Shown here: positions 1 through 8,027 of the stretch, one piece after another
Layout of the letters: the number at the start of each line of letters is the position of its first letter
How positions within the stretch are numbered: position 1 is the stretch's first letter
The notes under the pieces: generated by a model
The model's database searches: none
Seen by the model: the letters and a program-made list of their open reading frames with translations, nothing else
What the model was told of the DNA's origin: nothing
NCBI GenBank assembly: GCA_023515725.1
Contig: JALDTO010000157.1
Coordinates: forward strand, 1 to 9,917
Origin: Amoeboaphelidium protococcarum X5
Taxonomy: Eukaryota; Fungi; Aphelidiomycota
DNA: 9,917 nucleotides
Direction of reading: 5' to 3'
Position numbers and translations under genes: made by a program

Positions 1-92
1 TATTGCGCGTTGCATTATCATCTTCGTCCACGGAATGCACCGGCACGCTGAACTTCAAACAATCAGACAATAAAATGCTCTTATTGTTAAAA

Positions 93-107
93 GTGCAAAG
101 TGCAAAA
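93..107 (+). repeat. GTGCAAAGTGCAAAA, left copy of an imperfect direct repeat flanking the YR ORF
   Basis: Matches 2761-2775 (GTGCAAGGTGCAAAA) at 14 of 15 nt in the same orientation. Confidence 0.5.
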
Positions 108-279
108 ACGGAAACCGTTAAGGTTGACGTTGGAAGAATGCGCGAGCGATCGAGCGCGCGACGGTGATCTCGCAGAAAACAGACAAGTCAGTTGTTTCAA
201 ACAAATCCTCAATGATTTTGCATTAAACTTTTTGTATTAAATCCACTTTCAATCTCAGTCTCCATATTATCTGTCTTGT

Positions 280-2712
280 TCAAATACTACACTCATCCAT
301 GGTACCAGAGCAATTGTTTGTCTTGAAGCTAGTTGGTTTGAAGTTCCCCCAATGTGCGATGAACTTATCCAAATCACCGCCAAAGTGCTTTCTCAGACAT
401 TTCATGATCGGGCAGTATTGCTTCACGTAGAATGATTTGGCGCCAGCTGATAACCCGACGGTTGAGCCAGGATCATCCACTGCAAGAATGGCCTCCAACT
501 TCGCCATGGCAGTCTTCGCTTTTCTCACTTTCTCTCTCCCAGGCATATCATTCACAACTTCATCCTACTGAACAGCTGTGATGGCAGGTACAACATCAGC
601 TACGTCAGTGTCTTCTTCATCGGATTCATAGAGTTCATCATCAGAGTGAACCGCAGCTTGTTCACGTAACTATCTGGAAGAAGATTATTGAGAAGTCAGA
701 GTAGATTTTGGCTACTTCAACTTAGCTGATTGAGTGGCAGCAATCAATCCATTCGCATAAAGCTCAAGCATCCTACGCAGCTCATTAATCTCCTCCGGAG
801 TGGCATTAGGTGCAATTTCTTTCAACTTTGCCTCAATAAGCTGCAGCACAGTCTCTTTCTTCTGCAACTGGAGAAGTGCATCGTAAATCACTCTAGGTCC
901 ACCAACTGCATCAACATCAGATAATCCACATAAGCTACGAACAATCTCTTGACTCACCTGCTGCAGACAAAAATTGCCTCTAGAATGGGCAGCATTCAGA
1001 CTGCGAGCCATCTATAGCTACTCACAGTAGGCTGATCTGAATTTGCTTACCACGGAAGACACGTCCAAACGTCTAGTCTTCGCTAATTCTAGCAAATAGC
1101 TAGCATCCTTCTTATACAATGCGGCATTAGCGGACGAAGCGTGTCGCGCACTCTTAGTGATGTCAATCTCTGATCCCATTCCCCAAACAGCAAGCAAATA
1201 GCCAGTCTTCCTACTAGTGTGCGTACCAAATTTACCATCGGGATTGCCGGTAGCAATCTTACAAGCTTTCTGATACTGCCTATGATAAGATACGTAAGAG
1301 ATGTTGTACGCCGCATGCCCAACTTGCTTCACAGCATCCAGTGTACTCTCTTGAGGGAACAAGAATCCAGTTCTAATCCCAGAAATAAAAATCCACGTCA
1401 AAAGCGCACGAACCGGGCACAATTCGGGCACATCATAATCCGTCCAAAGAGTCAAGCACACTCTAACACGATCAGACTTGCCTTTAATGTAGAAAGCAAG
1501 GGAAGATATACTGCCATCACTTTGAAAGGTCGCAAGATCCTTGTTGAGACAATTTTCCAGCCTAGGATCATGAATTTTCAAATCGGTGACTTCATCATTG
1601 CGCAGAAATAGCTTGATACTAACGATAATCATCGTCCACATCATGAATGACTTCGCATCATTTTTCGAGATGAAATACTCGCGGAGACGTAGTAATTCCC
1701 AAGGTGTGAGCGGCTAGCTGCCTTCGGACACGTAGCTGCATCCATCGCGGGAGTTCAATCTCTACATGTTAGTCATGAGGGAAGAATTCTTTGGATCTCC
1801 ACCCAGCCAAATACGAGGAGCCATCGGATGGAACCGACAGCCAGATCTATCACCACGCTCAGAACGTTGGATGCACTCTTCGCAGATATCTCTGTACTCC
1901 CCCCTCTAATTACGACTATCATGCAGCACAGAGACAGCCGATAACAACTGGTCAACATTCTGTGGCATATTCCAACCACCCTAGCACTTGATATCGTGCC
2001 CATAGACACATTTCACAGCGTTGCCATTCTCGTCTTTTAGCAAAGAACCCTTCTCATTACGCTTGAACTTGATAAACAAAATGATGCTCTTGGCGTTCAT
2101 TGACGGTGTGTACTGCGGGGGGTTAGGAAGCAGCATTAAACTCGAGCTGTAGTCACCAATTAGCGCAAAAAAGTACCGCAATCCTCTGTAATGCTTCTAG
2201 TAGGCTTACATACTATTCACAGCCAAAGGCCTACCGCCAGTGAGTGGCACAGATACGTCGGATCGAGTCAACCTCAGCAGCTTCAACGTCTCTCCAATGC
2301 CTTCATCCAGCTTATACTTGTACGCCGCTTCAATGCGATACACATGGCTGTTCTCCGACTTCTTGCGTCTCTTCACCTTCTTCGCCAACTGCTCATCATC
2401 CAGACCATCATCAGAGTCGTAATCGTCGTCGTCATCTTCATCTTCATTCTCCAGCTACCTATTGAAAGCAGCACTGACTTGAGCAGAACTTTGTGAAGTG
2501 ATATCAGCAGTTTGATTCATGCTAACAACACTTGTTTCAGCCTCGCACCCAGCCAGACCAGAACTTGAGGAGGCGGATACGCCGACACTACTGCCAACAC
2601 CAGCACACTCATCAACGGCTGGGATGCCAGTACTACTGTTGGAGGTGGTGATACCCCCTCCAGATGGCTACGAGTCACTCTACACTGCTCTAGAACGCTT
2701 CCTGCCAGACAT
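280..2712 (-). CDS. Tyrosine recombinase (phage-integrase fold) protein, Crypton-like, about 810 aa, intronless under the TAR=Gln code
   Basis: Track ORFs 2206-2388, 1981-2181, 1018-1644, 712-1011 and 280-555 all share one minus-strand frame. They are separated only by TAG/TAA (15 in total) and there is no in-frame TGA between ATG 2712 (MSGRKRSR) and TGA 282-280. YR motifs: LFLR-NDE (R at 1602), IKGKSD (K), LCPVRAL, GTHTSRKTG (H 1221, R 1212), ARH...ALY (H 1143, Y 1116). An alternative in-frame ATG lies at 2838. Confidence 0.9.
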
Positions 2713-2760
2713 GCGAGACGGTCGAGATTGTAACAAAGCGAGTTCGGTGCGTTTCTCCGG

Positions 2761-2791
2761 GTGCAAGGTGCAAAACACTACCGGTGCAAAA
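2761..2791 (+). repeat. Three GTGCAA units (2761, 2768, 2784), right copy of the flanking repeat, inside the divergent YR/FIST intergenic region
   Basis: Sequence gtgcaaggtgcaaaacactaccggtgcaaaa is seen directly. Confidence 0.5.
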
Positions 2792-2860
2792 GAAAACAAG
2801 CGTTTTATTTGTTTTAAAAGAGTCAGATACAATAGCATACAATTTGTACAATTTTCGGCT

Positions 2861-4132
2861 ATGGCAAATAGGTTGACTAGATCATTGTAATGGCCAAAGT
2901 GCTCCGATATTAAATACGTATCATAGGAATTAAATTTATTGTTAAAGGGGATCAGTGGCCATCAAGTAGTTTCCGCAGCATACATTTACGTCAGCCCGCG
3001 ATCACCTAATAACGACAATCTTTTAGATTACAGTCGGAGATTGGGGACTTCCGTTACCGAAACTTTACGTAGAAGCTTACAATATGATGTGCCGTTGGTT
3101 GGCGGTTGTGTTGATAATTTATTGATTCAAAGTTAAGTTCCAAGTCATCTGTATCAGGCTAATGGTGTTGGTATTTGTCTAGTGACGGCAGAACGTGATA
3201 TCGCTGATGGGAAGTAATCTGCATTCCATCGCAAGTTTGACTCGCCCCAAAAGGAATTAGTTAGAGTTGGAAGATTTGGATCTCATAATAGCAATAATGG
3301 GGAGTCATCTCACTCTGGTTGGAGTCGCGTTCTTGAAAAGTACAATTAAATGAAAGCTCCATCTGAAGAACATAAATCATCTGAGTTTACGGGTGTCCAG
3401 TCCTTACATGCAATTGGCCCTCATTCACAGCTGAATGCCTTGTGTTAATTGTTAAAGTGCTCACCCAATGTTTTACATAGCTCTGGTATCACGTCAATGC
3501 AAACACGTTTCCTTACGGGAACTGAAACTGTCCTGGTTGCTAATGACCAAGTTTACACTGATGGAGTTGTTGGTATTTGCTCTAAATTATAAGCATTAAG
3601 CCCATAGATTAAACTTCCTTGGCTCTGTAATGTCTCTCGGTAGTTTTAGATAACCAAACGCACGGGAAACATGATCATTGAATTGGACAACGAGCCAGCG
3701 GTGTCCGTAGTTTAACAACTAACGTTGAATTCTTAGTTCCCTGTGGTCGCTCTTTTGCCTGATTTAAATCAATTACCAATATAAGTGGTAGGCGGAGATT
3801 CAGGGCGTGGGGTTTTAGGACTTAAAGTTCACGATCCTTCTATACTGAATAACTGCACAACGTTACAGTTTGCGTAGATTGGTAGCGAAATTTAGACTTC
3901 CGATGATCTGAATGATAACGATGGTTTTCTTGTTTCTAGCAAAGGTGAAATCCCGTTTATAACTGACGATAAACGCGATGATTATCAATTTGTCGGTGCC
4001 ATGTCTGCCTCAAGTGTAATGAGTTCTATCATCATAGAAAAGAAGCCCACTGATCAAGATGAATCGTAAAGCGCGTCGTCGAAACACATCCTGATCGATT
4101 CTCCCGGCACAATCTTGAATCTTTCGCAGTGA
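2861..4132 (+). CDS. FIST-domain-containing protein (fungal type), about 423 aa
   Basis: Open from ATG 2861 to TGA 4130-4132 with 16 in-frame TAA/TAG and no TGA. Motifs VPLVGGCVD, TRFLTG..VLVANDQVYTDGVVG, ITKRTGNMIIELDNEPA and VVGGDSGRGVL resemble FIST N/C domain signatures (recognised from memory, not searched). Confidence 0.75.
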
Positions 4133-4147
4133 AAAGATATACTCGTG

Positions 4148-5173
4148 ATGAGTAATGATAATCTGCCGGATCGGATATTGCTTGAAATAAGTGATCTTAA
4201 TAGACTAGCCTCAGAGCATTAGCTTATTTAACAGAATGTATATTAAGTGATAGATGAATCTGATTATAGTTTATAACGCAACGTATAAACACACCCGCCA
4301 GAATTTACAATCGCTAGCAGATGTGGCTAGAAATAAGATTAGAGATCCACTAAAGAAGAGATTAAACGACAGATTGTTAGTAGATTGCATAGAATAATGC
4401 GTTCGATTTATGATAATAGTGATGGACTCGATACATCAATGGATCTAATATCTGAAGAGTGTTGCGAGTTGTTGGCCAAATTAGATCTCGGTAATTAGTA
4501 GCAGTCATCGTCTGAACATCGAATGTTTTAGATACGTTCACAATCGTGTATCTTTGATATTGCCATCAAAGAGGCATCTTTGGCTGAGGCTGATCTGGGT
4601 TCATTGACCTGGAATTCCTCTTTACTGTTTATAAAATTGATATTATTGAACGCAATCCACGTGCCGTAATCATCAAGATCAGTTCTAGAGCTGGGATGTG
4701 GCACTGGCCTCTCTGGTATATTCTTATCCATGTATACCATGAAAGCTGGATTAAATCTTACATCTGTACTATTAACCGACTATCATGAAGGAGTTCTGAA
4801 AACAGCTTAGAGTAATGTTTCCATCAATACCGCGATTTCATAACTAGTAGATGTACAGAAATTGGACTGGCGTAATTTTGAAGAATTTAGCCGCGATGGA
4901 TTCGATTTAATAATCGGAACTGATCTGGTGTATGACATGGAAGCCGCGTTGGTTATACCAAAAGTTTTATAGCATGTCACTGTGCCTGGCACACAGATAA
5001 TACTACTGTTGCCTTTACGACGTAATTTTGAGAGGGAGATTTCAGCATTTCTGGATGGGATGAAGAAACTCGATTCGATGGTCGGACATCAAACAATCAT
5101 TAGAGACACTTCGTTGTAAGAACCTTCCATAGATCATTATATATTGTTTGAGTACCAACGAATATATAATTGA
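4148..5173 (+). CDS. Class I SAM-dependent protein-lysine N-methyltransferase, family 16 (Efm2/Rrg1-like), about 341 aa
   Basis: ATG 4148 to TGA 5171-5173 with 16 in-frame TAA/TAG. Motifs ADLGSLTWNSS, VLELGCGTGLSG (motif I), LLTDY (post-I), KLDW and FDLIIGTDLVY (DxxY of family 16). Confidence 0.88.
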
Positions 5174-5418
5174 AGTCGCGTCTTGATATGTAATTGACGA
5201 TTTAAATGGTCTATATTTAATCAATTTTATTTTTTACTTGTCTGAATACTTTTAGTACTTAGCCATTGGGCATTTTAGCACCGAGAATCCCCAAAGGCAA
5301 CGCGCTTCTCTCTCAACGCAATTCCTTCCCTCCTTTCGCCGACTCGAAACGCTATCTATCCATTCTTTATTTACTGCAGTGTACTATAAGCTATATTACA
5401 GTCTACCTTAATTACAAT

Positions 5419-6414
5419 ATGGCCCGCCGTTACGACTCTCGCACAACTATTTTTTCGCCTGAAGGTATGCATATTGTATTGATTTGGCATAATAGTTGAA
5501 CTGACATTTTATATGTTGTAGGCCGCCTGTATCAGGTTGAGTATGCTATGGAGGCAATCTCACATGCCGGCACAGCATTGGGTGTCCTGTGTCAGGATGG
5601 AGTTATCCTGGCGGCAGAGAAGAAGGTTACCAGTAAGCTGTTGGATGATCAGGTTCGCTCCACCGAGAAAGTTTACCCAATTAACGACAACATTACGGTC
5701 GCTGTTGCCGGTATCACCGCAGATGCCACGATCCTCATTCAACATGCCCGTCTGGATGCGCAAAAGCACTTGATGATGTATGGTGAGTAGGTTCCTGTTG
5801 AGTAGTTGGTGGAGAAAATGTGTGACCTGAAGTAAAGTTACACTCAGTATGGTGGTCTGCGTCCATTCGGTGTCAGTTTCCTGTGGGCTGGCTGGGATGA
5901 CACGTATAGACTGAAGGATTTGCGCTCCACCGCTATAGATAGTGCAGAGTAGGAGGGTGGAAGTAAGTCGGGTTTCCAGCTGTATTGCAGCGATCCTAGT
6001 GGTAATTACGCTGGATGGAAGGCTCACTGTATTGGTGGCAACTGGGCCAGTGCTCAGTCTATTTTGAAGCAGGATTATCGCGACGATTTGACCTTGTTTG
6101 GTGATGGTAAGCCAGTTGTGCAAGAGTCTAAACAGCAACAGGGATCTTCCTCTTCAAGTGCATCGGCTACTACTTCTACGCCAGCGGACCAACCATCAGT
6201 CAAGTCTGGTATGGAGTTGGTTCTAAAGTGTTTGAGCAAGACTATAGAAAGCACTTCGCTGAATTCTGAAAAATTAGAGATTGCTATAGTCGGACGTAAG
6301 CAGCTCAAGGATGGTTCCTCTACGGTTTATACGAAGGTTTATGAGCCGGAAGATGTCGATGCTATCCTGAAGCATTATGGTTATGTAAAGCCTGAACAAA
6401 AATAGGAAGCGTGA
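5419..6414 (+). CDS. PRE9: 20S proteasome subunit alpha3 (PRE9/PSMA4), about 312 aa; exons 5419-5464 and 5522-6414
   Basis: [47 protein letters not shown] and [12 protein letters not shown]. In-frame TAG at 5788, 5803, 5950 and 6403 and TAA at 5833 are read through; the gene ends at TGA 6412-6414. Confidence 0.97.
5465..5521 (+). other. Spliceosomal intron in PRE9 (57 nt, phase 1)
   Basis: GTATGC donor, CTGAC branch point at 5501-5505, TGTAG acceptor. Removal restores the conserved [11 protein letters not shown]. Confidence 0.95.
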
Positions 6415-6435
6415 TTTTACGGTACCCGTGTATAT

Positions 6436-7460
6436 TCAATCCTTTTTCTTACCACCCCTCTGCTTCTTTACCTGTTATGTTTCCTTTTTAGTTTACTCAA
6501 CAAATGTTGATGAGCTATTTGGTGTAATTTTAGAGGATTACTATAACATGAATGACACCAACGGAATTGTCAGCACTAGGAAATCGACCAACGGGCTTCG
6601 TTCAAATCCAGCAAGTAGGCAGCTCGATAGCAAAACAATCATAAAGTTTCTACAAAGCAAAACACGAATTATTATTAAAATAACTCTTTAAGATTAAACA
6701 TAATTGATACCTTGACGGAGTGTGTAAGTCATTATGTATTTCAGCCTGGATATACGGTCCGATGCTGGTCAACTTCATAAAATACGGAAACACAGTGGAA
6801 CCACCTACACTAAATGATATATAACGGCTCATCATGAAACATTACAACAGAAGACTTACCCCATTAAGCCAGATATGAGTAAACAAATATTATATACTTC
6901 GATTAATCTCCATGTGTTAACAACTGATTGTCCTGCTATAAAACAATATACGCATTTGTAGCACCAGCTATCCCATCACACGCCCGCTTCCAAATGTTAA
7001 CAAAATCAATGATGAAAGTAACGATATTACTTTGTAACAGTATCGTGCGAGCATTTACTACGTATTCTACGTTGACCAGCAACCAGCATGTCACAATTAT
7101 CACAAGCTTCCCAGTATCAAACAGCGAAGCCATCAATGCGGGGGAGGTGAATATACCTTGACCATTAAAGATGAGTTCCAATATAATCTTGCCACAGAAT
7201 GAGAATATCAGTGAGCACGCAAGACTTTCCAAAGAGAAACACCATGAAGCTTTAATGTGCGCAGGGACATGTCGATCGACCAATTTGCGAATTTTCAATG
7301 AAACAGACAAAGTATATAAAGTGAACACAAACTAACTCCTATACAGCGTCTATGCCCAAGTTTCATACAATAAAAAGTTATTAGCATTAGACAGCAGGTC
7401 ACTGATTTAATCTATATTCAACCAGGTGAGGTCAAATTGCGATGAGGTCATTTATATCAT
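6436..7460 (-). CDS. TRIC/TMEM38-like trimeric intracellular cation channel (divergent), about 302 aa; exons 7460-6860, 6804-6711, 6649-6436
   Basis: Splicing two GT-AG introns gives a 909-nt frame with several hydrophobic helices. Segments SLIFSFCGKIILELIF, IIVTCWLLVN, WKRACDGIAGATNAY, YLAQWGGSTV and DLHTPSRNF follow the order of TMEM38 motifs. The C-terminus GGKKKD-stop is a dilysine ER-retrieval signal. The start may instead be ATG 7451. Confidence 0.65.
6650..6710 (-). other. Intron 2 of the TRIC-like gene (61 nt)
   Basis: GTATCA donor, very AT-rich body, TGTAG acceptor. Splicing yields two further hydrophobic segments and the KKKD end. Confidence 0.75.
6805..6859 (-). other. Intron 1 of the TRIC-like gene (55 nt)
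   Basis: GTAAGT donor and TGTAG acceptor; joins W-G/G-S-T in frame. Confidence 0.8.
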
Positions 7461-7608
7461 ATCAGTATCTTTAATGTATTGACTGAATCACATGAGAGCC
7501 GATCTTGTGTGACTGAGTGCCGGCAAGAGCGCCGATTTTCATTCCCCCGTCGTCAACTTTCCTTTTCTTTCTCTTCTACTCCTCATTCATTTCCCCGCCC
7601 AAGCTTTT
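7461..7608. promoter_or_regulatory. Probable bidirectional promoter between the TRIC-like gene and eIF1, with a CT-rich tract at about 7537-7600
   Basis: Only 148 nt separate the divergent start codons, and a pyrimidine-rich stretch precedes the eIF1 ATG. Confidence 0.5.
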
Positions 7609-8027
7609 ATGACGGACAACGTAACGTTCGGGACTTTTGGTAAGCAATTTTGTTTATATCTACATAGAGATTTGATTATTTAATTTATGATATATTTACC
7701 CCATTATGTGTAGATCCTTTCGCAAATGAAAAGTTGGAGAGCCAAGAAGATGCAACAGCCTCCTCAACTTCCATTATCCACTTGCGCATCCAGCAGAGAA
7801 ACGGGCGCAAGACTTTGACCACCATCACTGGGTTACCATCTGATCTGGACCAGAAAAAATTGTTGAAAGCATTCAAGAAGGTGTTTGCATGTAATGGCAC
7901 CATTATCGAAGATGAAGAGCTCGGTGAAGTGATTCAGCTGCAAGGTGATCATCGTGCCAAGGTACAACAATTCCTGGTTGAGGAGAAGATTGCCACCAAG
8001 GACCAAATTAAAGTCCACGGTTTCTGA
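7609..8027 (+). CDS. SUI1: Translation initiation factor eIF1 (SUI1), 114 aa; exons 7609-7639 and 7714-8027
   Basis: MTDNVTFGTF-DPFA...IHLRIQQRNGRKTLTT...FACNG...IQLQGD...IKVHGF, ending at TGA 8025-8027. Confidence 0.97.
7640..7713 (+). other. Spliceosomal intron in eIF1 (74 nt, phase 1)
   Basis: GTAAGC donor, AT-rich body, TGTAG acceptor. Removal restores the conserved FDPFA motif. Confidence 0.93.

Larger units (their letters stand above)
93..2800 (-). mobile_element. Putative Crypton-like tyrosine-recombinase DNA transposon (or domesticated copy); boundaries uncertain
   Basis: Single eukaryotic YR ORF with no RT, RNase H or gag in the window, so it fits the Crypton class better than DIRS. 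Related GTGCAA-GTGCAAAA motifs flank it at 93-107 and 2761-2775. True termini cannot be established from one copy. Confidence 0.5.

Noticed and set aside
1-70. Possible minus-strand coding sequence running off the left edge (LKFSVPVHSVDEDDNATRN)
   Set aside because: Too short, with no in-frame ATG and no convincing splice donor; cannot be supported.
2390-2450. TCA/TCG/TCT trinucleotide-like repeats
   Set aside because: They encode the Asp/Glu tract of the recombinase and are not an independent repeat or CRISPR array.
280-2712. DIRS/Ngaro retrotransposon or prophage integrase
   Set aside because: No RT, RNase H, gag or phage genes in the window, and the context is eukaryotic with the host code. 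An RT to the left of the window cannot be excluded.
730-2890. Plus-strand track ORFs over the recombinase (730-924, 1219-1611, 1791-1991, 2191-2496, 2240-2422, 2244-2465, 2519-2890)
   Set aside because: Antisense shadows with no recognisable motifs. Only the last 10 codons of 2519-2890 belong to a real gene (the FIST start).
81-2946. 11-nt direct repeat TTATTGTTAAA at 81-91 and 2936-2946 as a target-site duplication
   Set aside because: The right copy lies inside the FIST CDS and the motif is AT-rich, so chance is likely.
4130-4132. Selenocysteine decoding of the TGA between FIST and the methyltransferase
   Set aside because: It is not at a catalytic Cys-like position and no SECIS was recognised downstream.
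5963-5979. GTAAGT...CAG mini-intron in PRE9
   Set aside because: Only 17 nt; it would shift the frame and delete the conserved GFQ.
5560-6308. Minus-strand ORFs 5560-6138 (192 aa) and 6075-6308
   Set aside because: Antisense to PRE9 with no independent evidence.
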